A stretch of DNA of 64,000 nucleotides from Octopus bimaculoides (Eukaryota), in the NCBI RefSeq assembly GCF_001194135.2, contig NC_068984.1:15712570-15776569 (forward strand), given 5' to 3'. Below the pieces are notes generated by a model that made no database searches, was not told the origin of the DNA, and was given only the letters and a program-made list of their open reading frames with translations. How positions within the stretch are numbered: position 1 is the first letter of the stretch; every line of letters starts with the position of its first letter. Shown one piece after another: positions 26,941 through 38,791 of the stretch. Position numbers and translations under genes: made by a program.

Positions 26941-27042
26941 GAATTTGGAGCGGCAATTAAACTGTAACAACTTTACACTTCGTGAAGAAAAAAAAATTGT
27001 TGCAGAGATAGACAGCTTGAAGAGATCTAAGAAACCTTTAGC
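26941..27042 (+). CDS. Coding exon D
   Basis: caatag|GAATTT...TTAGC|gtatgt; 102 nt, phase 2 to 2; NLERQLNCNNFTLREEKKIVAEIDSLKRSKKPL(A). Confidence 0.9.
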
Positions 27043-28567
27043 GTATGTATAACTTTATATTGAAGTTTTAATATGTGTATATATTTAACTAACCCATCCA
27101 CCTTGCTTTCCTTCCATAACCCTTTATGGTTTCTTGGCAGCTTCATCTCTTTCTATCTTTCATAGTCCCTTTTTCCCACACTTACCACCCATATTTGCCT
27201 TTCAGCATTAGGAAAGGCACCCAGCCATAGAAACCATGTCAAAGCTGACAGAGCTTGATGCAGCCCTGCAGCTTGCCAGACCCTGTCAAACTGTCCAGCT
27301 TGGAAAATGGATGCTAAATGTGGATGATGATAATGAATGTGGGATAACACTGGATACCGACTACACAACCCACACCATCGCCTACACTACTCTATACTTT
27401 TCTCTCTCTCTCTCTATCTCTCTCTCTCTCTCCGTCACACATTAACCCTTGACACCAATCCTTTCTCTTTTCTCTCCTGATCCTTTCATATTGTCTTCCA
27501 CAAAATAAATCTATTCCTATCACCATACTCTACCCTCTCTCAGTACATGGCTTAAAATCATCTCTCTCTCTCTCTCTCTCCCTCCTTTCCTCCCTTGAAT
27601 TAGTTATGGGGTTTCTTTATTAACAAGTCGACAAAACAACAAATGTTTTTTATAAAGCTGAATACCTCAACAAAATTGAAAAAATTAATGCATTGCAGAT
27701 TGGTTGATTACCTGTTGTATAATGATGTCCTGTGGAGGCGCAATGGCCCAGTGGTTAGGGCAGCGGACTCGCGGAAGTTACGGGGATGTAAACACACCAC
27801 CATCGGTTGTCAAGCGACACAAACATACACACACACACATACATACATATATATATACGACGGGCTTCTTTTAGTTTCCGTCTACCAAATCCACTCACAA
27901 GGCTTTGGTCAGCCTGAGGCTATAGTAGAAGACACTTGCCCAAGATGCCACGCAGTGGGAATGAACCCGGAACTATGTATTTGGTAAGCAAGCTACTTAC
28001 CACACAGCTACCCCTGCGCCTGTGCACCTGAGAATAATTGCATTTATCTCACATTTGTGACATATGGCATTTCTTGCTACACATTTGACTATTTGCCCAC
28101 ACTTCTAAGAAACAGCTGCTGAAATTTGATGTTCTCCTTTGTAATTAGTACTAGTAGTAGTTATTATGTATCAGGAAGACTGTTAATAAATTAATGTGGC
28201 AAGTCAACATTCACCTTAAGCAAGGGAAAGAACTCAACAATCACTGGACATCAGTTATAAAACAATGTAGAATAAGTTCATCATCGTTTTTAATGTCCAC
28301 TTTTATTTGTTTGCGTGGGTCGGATGGAATTTGTGAACAGACGACCTTCTTCTCGTCAATCCTCACCTGTTTCCAAGCAAGGTAATATTTCTCCACGGCT
28401 AAATAGGTTTTCCATGGAAGACTAGAAATGAATAACATTACTTGTATGATGGTGATGCTTGTTTACAGCTATCATGTGATGTTAAGTCAAATGGACACAT
28501 ACACACACTAGGTTTCTTTCAGTTTTCATCTTCCAAATCCACTCACAAAGCTTTGGTTATCCTGGTG

Positions 28568-28796
28568 GCGAGCTGGCAGAAACATTAACACGACGTGTAA
28601 AATGCTTAGCGGTATTTCGTCTGCTGCTACATTCTGAGTTCGAATTCTGCCGAGGTCGACTTTGCCTTTCATCCTATCAGGGTCGATTAAATAAGTACCA
28701 GTTACGCACTGAGGTCGATATGATCGACTTAATCCGTTCGTCTGTCCTTGTTTGTCCCCTCTGTGTGTAGCCTCTTGTGGGCAGTAAAGAAATAAG
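28568..28796 (+). mobile_element. SINE family E (CORE-like gtcgactttgcctttcatcc domain), nested in a family A SINE
   Basis: 18-bp TSD gctttggttatcctggtg. Confidence 0.8.
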
Positions 28797-29587
28797 GCTT
28801 TGGTTATCCTGGTGCTATAATAGAATATCCTTGCCTAAAATGTTGTTCAGGGGACTGAACCTGAAACCACATGGTTTGGAAGCAAGCTTTTTAAGTATAC
28901 AACCAAGCCTCTGCCTACTGCTACATCTGCACCTACCTTCTTAATTAAACATTCCTAAACATCCCTCCTAAACATGAAGATCCTGAAACAAAGGTTACGC
29001 CATACTATTATCAAGGATCTTTTCTGGTGGACACACATCCTCAACATAAATATCATTACAAAATCTGGCTTTGCTCTGTCAGAATGAGAAAATACTCCAG
29101 CCTCCGTTTTCTATTCATCATCATCATCATCATTTAACATCCGCTTTCCATGCTAGCATGGGTTGGACGATTTGACTGAGGACTGGTGAATCAGATGGCT
29201 ACACTAGGCTCCAATCCGATTTGGCAGAGTTTCTGCAGCTGGATGCCCTTCCTAACGCCAACCACTCCGAGAGTGTAATGGGTGCTTTTACGTGCCACCG
29301 GCACGTAGGCCAGTCAGGCGGTACTGGCAACGGCCACGCTCAAAATGGTGTATTTTACGTGCCACCTGCACAAGAGCCAGTCCAGGGGCACTGGCAACAG
29401 TGGAACTCCCAATACAGTATTGCACCCACATTTGGGACAGTGCTGATACTTTACACTAACATCTGAGACCACAGCCACAGAAGGGCCACTCACATGATTT
29501 TATTTCTTTTGTGCATATCACAAGATTTGTAGAAGTTTTTGGTCAAGTGCATTTCTGATGTTAATTTCTGGTATTCATGTTTTATAG

Positions 29588-29660
29588 GAACTATAGGGCA
29601 CAAAAGAAGGAAATTGATGAACTCAGGGCACAACAGACAAAAAAACGCAAAGAAAATGAT
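29588..29660 (+). CDS. Coding exon E
   Basis: ttatag|GAACTA...AATGAT|gtaagt; 73 nt, phase 2 to 0; NYRAQKKEIDELRAQQTKKRKEND. Confidence 0.9.
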
Positions 29661-29974
29661 GTAAGTTTTTTTTTTTTTTTTTTCTGTATGTGTGTATAGG
29701 AATCTTCTCAAATTATCTGTACTGTTAAACTAAAATCCCATTATTTTATCAAATCCTTTTACTTATATAAGTTTGTTATCAATTTTTTCACCTTAGAATT
29801 GGCAGGATGGTTTTACAAATTGGGTTATATATAGGAAGTGACGTTTTTTAAAGTAAGCCACGTCTCCTACGAGTAACTTCACTTTAAAATAAGAGTTACT
29901 CGAGACCTAAGTAAGCAGAGTTATGTGCCTTGTTAAGGAGCATAATACTTTTGATACCAACCTGCTCAAGGCTA

Positions 29975-30311
29975 ATGAAGGCGCATGGCTCTGTGGTTAG
30001 AGCGTCAATCTTACAATCGTGAGGTTGTGAGTTCAAATCCCGGACCGGGCTGCATGTTGTGTTCTTGAGCAAGACACTTTATTTCATGTTGCTCCAGTTC
30101 ACTCAGCTGTAGAAATGAGTTGCAATGTCACTGGTGTCAATCTGTATAGGCCTTTGCCTTTCCCTTGGATAACACAGGTGGCGTGGAGAGGGGAGGCCGG
30201 TATGCATGGACAACTGCTGGTCTTCCATAAACAACCTTGCCTGGACTTGTGTCTAGGAGGGTAACTTTCTAAGTGCAATCTCATGGTCATTCGTAACCGA
30301 AGGGGGTCTCC
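29975..30311 (+). mobile_element. tRNA-derived SINE family D
   Basis: Head tgaaggcgcatggct...gagttcaaatccc; degenerate 16-bp TSD; other copies 33345-33680(+) and 51597-51911(-). Confidence 0.8.
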
Positions 30312-30853
30312 AACATGTTCAAGGCTACCTCTGGTTCCATGGTACAAACTGCCTCTTTTAAAGTGATTTAAATTAAAATCTTTCCTCAAAATTTCATATA
30401 TAACACCAACTTAATAAGGACAAAGTTATTTTAGTAACTTTTTCATTCTTTTCCGAATTGTGTATTTTGAAAGAAATACAGTGATAAAAGAATTTTAAAG
30501 AATTACTTGTTAGTCTATCTTTTTACTTTCACTTTGTCCCATTCATTTACAAATTTAAAAACTAAGGGATTTGCCGTTAAAGGGAAGAATTAAAAACTCC
30601 ATTGAGAGTATTGTTCCAGTATTATTCTATGTTTGGTTACTAGTTATTCAGCATTGATTCATTTGTTAACATTAACAAAATTTTTCAAACTTAAACAAGA
30701 GTGTTTGATTTAATTAAATTTAATTTAATTACTTGTTTCTGATTAGTCAATAGAAAGTCTGTGCAAGGTATACCTTTTTACATGCATTTTGTCTAAATCA
30801 AGTCAACAGAGATCATAAATAAGAAATATTTGTGTAGTACTATGTTGAAGAAA

Positions 30854-31237
30854 TGGAGGCGCAATGTCCCAGTGGTTAGGGCAGCGGACTCGTGGTCATA
30901 GGATCGCGGTTTCAATTCCCAGACCGGGCGTTGTGAGTGTTTATTGAGTGAAAACACCTAAAGTTCCACGAGGCTCCGGCAGGGGATGGTGGCGAACCCT
31001 GCTGTACTCTTCCACCGCAACTTTCTCTCACTCTTACTTCCTGTTTCTGTTGTGCCTGTAATTCAAAGGGTCAGCCTTGTCACACTGTGTCACGCTGAAT
31101 CTCTCCGAGAACTACGTTAAGGGTACACGTGTCTGTGGAGTGCTCAGCCACTTGCATGTTAATTTCACGAGCAGGCTGTTCCGTTGATCGGATCAACTGG
31201 AACCCTCGACGTCGTAAGTGACGGAGTGCCAACAGCA
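30854..31237 (+). mobile_element. SINE family C, full length
   Basis: Near-identical to 18943-19328; 12-bp TSD atgttgaagaaa. Confidence 0.85.
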
Positions 31238-31698
31238 ATGTTGAAGAAATATATGCTAGTGAACTAAAAGCAATTATTTATTTTATTAAATGAGATAGAA
31301 CTTAGAAATGGAATTTAGAAAATGCATATATAGTAGCGTGAAACTTATAATGTTGACATTATAAACAAAAAATATATTAATTTTTTTGTCTAATGTCAGT
31401 AATATTTTATGCACACAATTTCATTGAGATGCCATTCGTAGAATTACACAAAGTGATAAAATATATTGATTGACTCAATCAAATTGATTTAAGATGTTCT
31501 AAATCTGGGACTTTGTTATCCCATCATAAAGACAAAGATTAATTTAATTTTAAAATTTCACAAATTAAAACAAGTTAATTGCCAATTAAATCCTTATAAT
31601 TTTAGCATTAGTGTCAGAAGGTAGCACTATAGACAAATTACATTTTTTACCATAAAGAAGAATCTTAAATATAGGACTGTATTCACTTCTTTTTCTAG

Positions 31699-31795
31699 GA
31701 CTTCTATCACAAAATTCATCACCTTCGGGATAAAGAAGAAGAAAAACAAAAACGTTCAGTGTTCTTACAGAAAAGCATTAAAGAACTGCATTCAG
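31699..31795 (+). CDS. Coding exon F
   Basis: ttctag|GACTTC...ATTCAG|gtaagc; 97 nt, phase 0 to 1; DFYHKIHHLRDKEEEKQKRSVFLQKSIKELHS(E). Confidence 0.9.
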
Positions 31796-32473
31796 GTAAG
31801 CTGTTTTTTTTTCTTTTTTAACATTTCTTGGAATAATACTTTAACTATATCTCAGGGAAGAAATATTAAATATTATGTTGATAAATTTTTCAGTTGTTGC
31901 TGTATCTACTAATTGATAAAGCAGTTTTGTGTAAAAATGAGATCTTACTTCTTTTTATTTAAAACACCAGTTTGTTCACTAAATTAGATAGCTTGAAATA
32001 TTTAAAAAGTAAAATTTGATGGAAAACAGTTCATATTGTGAAGGATCAACTAAAAATAGTCCTTGTCTTTTGTGTATTCTTTGCTATTTTCTTTTAATTT
32101 ATTGTCAAGAGAACTTACACTTAAAATAAATATAGAAGTCTTATGAATGTGCTTGACGCTTTTAATACTGTAAAATGATGAATTAATGAGGAAGCCAATC
32201 TGCTAAAAATAGCAGATGAATTTCCCTTAAAATCCTATCTTACCATCTTAAAAATTGTAAGACACATTTGATAATGTGGTCCTAGACAAGCTTTCTTTAA
32301 AAATGATGGGAATGTTACCACTGGAATGCTTTACATTTACTCAGCCAGGATGTGACTAAAATACAGCACATAACCACTCACCTTGCTCCTACATCATTGC
32401 ATTTATCTGGAGCTTCATCACTTCGTCTCATGCTTTCATTGGTTCTTTTCTGTCAGGATCACTTTAATACACA

Positions 32474-32830
32474 TCATTTATTTTCCATGCCCAGCGTCGC
32501 CTTTCTGGCACTTGTGCCCGCGGCATGTGTAAGGACTTTCGAGCGAGATCGTTGCCAGTGCCCCTGGACTGGCTCTTGTGCGGGTGGCACATAAAATACA
32601 CCATTTTGAGCGTGGCCATTGCCAGTACCGCCTGACTGACCTTTGTGCCGGTGGCACGTAAAAAGCACCCACTACCCTCTCTGAGTGGTTGGTGTTAGGA
32701 AGGGCATCCAGCTGTAGAAACTGCCAAATCAGATTGGAGCCTGGTGTAGCCATCTGGTTTCACCAGTCCTCAGTCAAATCGTCCAACCCATGCTAGCATG
32801 GAAAGCAGACGTTAAACGATGATGATGATA
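32474..32830 (+). mobile_element. RTE-tail repeat, inverted relative to 26399-26765
   Basis: Reverse complement of 26399-26765 at high identity; ends aaacgatgatgatgat. Confidence 0.85.
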
Positions 32831-32996
32831 ATGGTCCCATTTCACTACCTACTTCTTCAATATTGGTTTAAGCAGAAATCCTGACAGTGTTTGTTGTCTC
32901 CCCTAGAGAGATGATTGTACCACACTGCTAATGCAAGTTTATTTAATTCATTTTTTTCTTGTTTCTTTTTTTTTTTTCCTTACCTTTTTCTTTTAG

Positions 32997-33162
32997 AAAT
33001 TGATAAGTTAGAAGAACAAAAGAAAATACTTTTAGCAGATTTCAAGAAACAAGAAAAAGACTACAATGTCATGAAAGACATTGCTCGTAAGAAGAAACAC
33101 AAACGTACTCAACCTCAAGAAGAAGAAAAAACGCAGCATGAAAAAATAACTAATTATATAAG
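32997..33162 (+). CDS. Coding exon G
   Basis: Long pyrimidine tract, ttttag|AAATTG...ATATAAG|gtattt; 166 nt, phase 1 to 2; IDKLEEQKKILLADFKKQEKDYNVMKDIARKKKHKRTQPQEEEKTQHEKITNYI(R). Confidence 0.9.
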
Positions 33163-34217
33163 GTATTTAATATTCCTAAAACTTTCTTCTCTCAATATAT
33201 TGTCAAAGAAAGTATGTTGACCAAGTGGTTAAAAATCTTGCATTATTTTCATTAAATTTAAAGCTATCAGTCTTTAGGCCTACTTTTGGATACAATTCAT
33301 TACTCTACAGGTCTGTTTAATTAGGTGAAAGTTGCTACCACTGGTGAAGGCACGTGGCTCAGTGGTTAGAGCATCAAGCTCACAATTATAAGGTAGTGAG
33401 TTCGATTCCTGGACCAGGCTGTGTGTTGTGTTCTTGAGCAAGACCCTTTATTTCACATTGCTCCTGTTCACTCAGCTGTAGAAATGAGTTGCAACATCAC
33501 TGGTACCAAACTGTATTGGCCTCTGCCTTTCCCTTGGATAACATTGGTTGTGTAGAGAAGGGAGGCTGGTATGCATGGGCGACTGCTGGTCTTCCATAAA
33601 CAACCTTGCCCAAACTTGTGCCTCGGAGGGGAACTTTCTAGGTGCAATTCCATGGTCGTTCATGACCAAAGTGGGTCTTTACCAATAAAGATATATTTAT
33701 CATTAGGAGAAGGTCTATATTACTCAACCTCTGCAAACAAAAGTGAAGAAATAAATACATCAACTTCTTCATACNNNNNNNNNNNNNNNNNNNNNNNNNN
33801 NNNNNNNNNNNNNNNNNNNNNNNNNNNNNNNNNNNNNNNNNNNNNNNNNNNNNNNNNNNNNNNNNNNNNNNNNNNNNNNNNNNNNNNNNNNNNNNNNNNN
33901 NNNNNNNNNNNNNNNNNNNNNNNNNNNNNNNNNNNNNNNNNNNNNNNNNNNNNNNNNNNNNNNNNNNNNNNNNNNNNNNNNNNNNNNNNNNNNNNNNNNN
34001 NNNNNNNNNNNNNNNNNNNNNNNNNNNNNNNNNNNNNNNNNNNNNNNNNNNNNNNNNNNNNNNNNNNNNNNNNNNNNNNNNNNNNNNNNNNNNNNNNNNN
34101 NNNNNNNNNNNNNNNNNNNNNNNNNNNNNNNNNNNNNNNNNNNNNNNNNNNNNNNNNNNNNNNNNNGAGTAGTTTGACAAGATTCACATGTCAGGCAGTC
34201 AAAAGCTTTACTGGTGT

Positions 34218-34453
34218 AAAGGCAGCGAGCTGGCAGAAACGTTAGCACGCCAAGCGAAATGCTTAGCGGTATTTCGTCTGTCTTGACGTTCTGAGTTCAA
34301 ATTCCGCCGAGATTGACTTTGCCTTTCATCCTTTTGGGGTCGATAAATTAAGTACCAGTTACGCACTGGGGTCAATGTAATCGACTTAATCCCTTTGTCT
34401 GTCCTTGTTTGTCCCCTCTATGTTTAGCCCCTTGTTGGCAATAAAGAAATAAA
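34218..34453 (+). mobile_element. SINE family E
   Basis: 17-bp TSD aaaagctttactggtgt; tail ataaagaaata. Confidence 0.8.
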
Positions 34454-34489
34454 AAAAGCTTTACTGGTGTTAAAGACGACATCATTGGT

Positions 34490-35200
34490 TTCACCAAATT
34501 TTTTTAGGGTGAAGGCCCACTTATTGAGTGACATGGGTCTCCAATATATCTAAATTTATAAAAGGGTCATTAAAGAGAGAGAAAGATTCAAGGTGTTAGA
34601 GGATGATGTTAATGGCTGTCTTCATTGCTTTTGAAATTTTGGAAGTGATTGCAATAAAACAGACAACATTTGGCAGTGTTGCTCTTCTTGGGAATGTGAC
34701 ACACTACAGTATGTTTCCCAACCAAGACTGAGATATATCCTTGTAGAAGTGGTGGGGAAGAAAGGAAGGAAGGTTGAAGAGTTTAGTGAATATAAAAGTT
34801 ACCCCTTGTTGAGGGTAATGGAAGGGACATTTCCAGGGCTGGTGGCCTTTTTGGTTTGCATACATGCACAACAAGTACAAAAGTATTGTGTGCGCATGAT
34901 GGTGGATCACACAAAGTGGAATAAAATATTTTTGAAGGAGGTTTGCCTAATGTGGTAGAGTTTAATATAAAGCAGGCAACAAAGTTGGAGGAATTCTTTG
35001 AAAGAGTATTACTTATGGAACCACCATGGCTGTGGAGTAAAGGAAATGAGTTCAGATAATAGCCTTGCGATGGTGAGTAAACACCATCTAATTTGTTGGT
35101 GTGAAGGATTTTGTAAGCTTTACAAAACTTTCCAGACGTTGTAAGCTTTATTTCCTGAATAGTTGAAGTGCAGTTGTGAGTGAGTTTTTATTATTAGTGG
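34490..35200 (-). mobile_element. Decayed CR1/L2-like LINE RT fragment
   Basis: TKLFNL...IAITSKISKAM...HLES motifs with stops and frameshifts. Confidence 0.6.
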
Positions 35201-35532
35201 AAGGTGGAGCAACTGACAATTACTATTCATTCACTAGCAGTACACTATGTCCATAGATACTTAATTCTTAATGACTCAGTCAATGGAACTGTAATTACAT
35301 AATTGCTGATACAAAGTTTGATTCACTAATGTAATAATAACTGAATGTTGTGCCAATTTGCAGTTTCTGTTAGTGTAACTAGCAAAAGACTTTATCATAA
35401 GACCTGTTTTAATATACCCACTTAAATAAAAGAACAAAAGTGTCTAGGTTAAAACAACATATACTTTATATTTATTTGTACTGGTTTCTATATTTTCTTT
35501 TTAATTTTTTTTTTTTTTTTTCTTGTTAACAG

Positions 35533-35684
35533 GGAAGAAACAGTTGCTTCTCCAAACCCTAATGCCAAACGTATTCAGCATTGCAACATATTAATTAATT
35601 ACCTACAACAGTTTACCAGTTTCAATGCAGTTTTAGGTTCTAGTCCATTACCCTCACCATCTGAAGAATTTGTGTCTGTTCCAG
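35533..35684 (+). CDS. Coding exon H
   Basis: taacag|GGAAGA...TTCCAG|gtttgt; 152 nt, phase 2 to 1; EETVASPNPNAKRIQHCNILINYLQQFTSFNAVLGSSPLPSPSEEFVSVP(G). Confidence 0.88.
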
Positions 35685-36083
35685 GTTTGTAAAAACGTCA
35701 CCTTTATCTCAGTATATTTGTTTCTCTACATTCTGATTTCAAATCCAACCAGAGATGACTTTGCCGGCAGTCTTATATAAAAAAGAAATGTTGTTACCAT
35801 ATATGTCAATGAAAGAAACATTCCTACGTCTTGATGGTTTTAGCAGAAAATTACTGAAAAAAATATTCAAAGGAGTTTTCAACTCTGCTTCCTCTTTGTA
35901 ACTTGATTATCTTGTGTATAAATTTTTATTAAATTAATGTTTGACATTGCTGTTGTTGTAACATCAGATAAGTCCCGTTCAAGCTGCTATTCATCTTGGT
36001 ATCATCGATTGCTTTGGATATGCTCTGCCTCTAACTAGACATTTGTTTCTTTGTCCGAGGTCAACTCTGCTTGTGTAGATCTA

Positions 36084-36295
36084 CAGGGTGTCCACAAGGT
36101 CTGGGTACATGGAGTAAATAAAATCATAACATAAATAATTAAATATAAGGAATAATAATTTCTTAAAGTATGTGTTAATCCCCATGTGGGTACATGGAGT
36201 AAATAAAATCATAACATAAACAATTAAATATAAGAAATAATAATTTCTTAAAGTATGTGTTAATCCCCATGTACCCAGACTTTGTGGACACTCTG
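36084..36295. mobile_element. Tc1/mariner-type MITE with internal 85-bp tandem duplication
   Basis: TA|cagggtgtccacaaggtctgggtacatgg ... ccatgtacccagactttgtggacactctg|TA. Confidence 0.8.
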
Positions 36296-37102
36296 TATAA
36301 TCAAAAGCATTCTAATCATGGCCTTTCTGTCTATTTCTCAAGATATAATATCACTCAGATTACAGCATCCAATATCTCTCTTTTTTGAGGCTAACCACAG
36401 TGTCCCTCATAGCTGATTCCATATGGTGCAGTGTTGCCAGCTGGACATCTTATACTCTTTGTCTACTGTCCAATCTAGTTGTGTATGTTTGAAGACTCTG
36501 GTAGCACAATGGACGTAGACAAGATGAACTTAGTCCAAATGTGACAATCGCTGCTTGAACATGACAACTCTTTTTACTCTCTCTTTACTATTTTACTTGT
36601 TTGTCATTTGACTGTGGCCATGCTGGAGCACCACCTTTAGTCGAGCAAATCGACCCCGGGACTTATTCTTTGGAAGCCTAGTACTTATTCTATCGGTCTC
36701 TTTTGCCGAACTGCTAAGTTATGGGGACATAAACACACCAGCATCGGTTGTTAAGCGATGTTGGGAGGACAAACACAGACACACAAACATATATATGACG
36801 GGCTTCTTTCAGTTTCCGTCTACCAAATCCACTGACAAGGCTTTGGTCGGCCCGAGGCTATAGTAGAAGACACTTGCCAAAGGTGCCACACAGGGGGACT
36901 GAACCTGGAACCATGTGGTTCGTAAGCAAGCTACTTACCACACAGCCACTCCAACTGTGTATGATATTTTAAAGTCTGTAGTATATCTTTATTGTGGAAC
37001 ATTGAAAAGTGAAGAAACTTTTCTAAAAATGAATGTAGACATATGATGTTTAACTTCCATGGGAAAGAATTTTTAATTTTGTATTTATTTCCACTTTGAT
37101 AG

Positions 37103-37239
37103 GTCCTGCTTTAGAGATCAAAGATGATGATGGCGCCAAATATGTTTTATTAAAGAAAAGCAATGATACCTTCTTTAAAGAATTTAGTGTAAATAATCGT
37201 CAAAATAAAAAAAGTCGAAAAGGACGGAAAAAAACTTCT
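37103..37239 (+). CDS. Coding exon I
   Basis: tgatag|GTCCTG...ACTTCT|gtgagt; 137 nt, phase 1 to 0; PALEIKDDDGAKYVLLKKSNDTFFKEFSVNNRQNKKSRKGRKKTS. Confidence 0.9.
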
Positions 37240-37970
37240 GTGAGTTCTTGTTCATTTTATATTTAAAATATGATATTTAGCCGATTTGTATTCTTTGTAA
37301 TTTATTGAAGAATTATTTTAGTTTTTAAATAATACTTACATGTGTCATGTCTAATTGATTGCAGCAAATGCAATTGTGAAATAATTACTTAAGAAAAATA
37401 CTGTTTGCGTTATGTTTCATATTGTATATGTTTAATAGATTTTATGTAGTTATAAAATATTATAGAAATATATATTTCTTTATTGCCCAAGGACAGACAA
37501 AGGGATTAAGTCGATTACATCGACCCCAGTGCTTAACTGGTACTTATTTAATTGGCCCCCGAAAGGATGAAAGGCAAAGTCGACCGTGGCAGAATTTGAA
37601 CTCAGAACGCAACAGTAGACAAAATACTGCTAAGCATTTCGCCAAACATGCTAACATTTCTGCCAGCTCGCTGCCTTAAAATTATTATAAAAATATAGAC
37701 ATTTTTATTATCTGTTTTTTTTTTTTTTTATCTCTAAATTCAGAACTTGAATCCCTTTTTTTATTTACTTTCATTTCTCTTTGTATGCTCCAAAATTAGC
37801 TATCTCTACAACTAACTTTGATTTTTTTTTGTTTTTTTCTATTGTACTACTTTGATCAATTTCACAATATTGCTATGTTCCAAACATTTTTCTCTCATGA
37901 ATTTCACAATATTAGATAATATAAAAAATTAAATATTTATGTAGATATTTTTTCCATTTATTTTCTTCAG

Positions 37971-38087
37971 AACAAGCCTTTAGCACATTCTCCGGAGATA
38001 TTTTCTTTGTTTGAAAGTGTTAATTTGCCACCCACTTCAAATTTCTGTGACATTTTCTCAACAATTGATAAACTCCAACAGTTAAAG
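37971..38087 (+). CDS. Coding exon J
   Basis: cttcag|AACAAG...TTAAAG|gttcgt; 117 nt, phase 0 to 0; NKPLAHSPEIFSLFESVNLPPTSNFCDIFSTIDKLQQLK. Confidence 0.88.
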
Positions 38088-38296
38088 GTTCGTTATATTA
38101 AATTTTGATTGATTATTCCGATAACATAATATCAGTAGTTGTGCATTAGTTCACTCAAATCCAGACACAACAGCTGCTCAACAATTGATAAACTCCAACA
38201 GTTAAAGGTTCGTTATATTAAATTTTGATTGATTATTCCGATAACATAATATCAGTGGTTGTGCATTAGTTCACTCAAATCCAGACACAACAGCTG
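38057..38296 (+). repeat. 120-bp tandem duplication spanning the exon J 3' end and its donor
   Basis: 38057-38176 repeated at 38177-38296 with one mismatch (agtagtt / agtggtt). Confidence 0.9.
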
Positions 38297-38760
38297 GTAT
38301 TATTTTACTTTTGGTTTGTTTTGTAAATCTATCTCTTCTCTGCAACCATAGAAAATGAACTAAAAAGAAAAAAAAAAAAGATTAATTTTAATGCTTGAAT
38401 TGAATATTTGTCATATTTTTGAGCATATAAAGCGAATAACATGTCAGAATTGATAGAGTACCACATAAAATGACTTAGTAAAACAGTAGAATCTGAGAAA
38501 ATAAGAGATAATCTGTATTGGTAGGTTCACTTTTCCATGCTCCCATGAGTCTGATAGAATTTGTTGAGGTGGATTTTCTGAGGCAGGATGCTTTTCTTGT
38601 CCCAACACTAAATTGTTTCGAAGTAAGGTAACCAAGAATATTTTCACTGAAGATTAGAAACAAAGGATACTGCTTGCTTGACAGTTGTTAATATCTACCC
38701 TGTAACGTCAAGGCAAAGCAGCATCAACACGCACAGACACACATGCATGAAGGCGCATGT

Positions 38761-38791
<31 letters not shown>

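Noticed and set aside
33571-34248. Long ORFs crossing 33775-34166
   Set aside because: Artefacts of translating through an N-gap.
38057-38296. CRISPR-like or satellite array
   Set aside because: Only a two-unit tandem duplication; no repeat-spacer array anywhere in this eukaryotic window.
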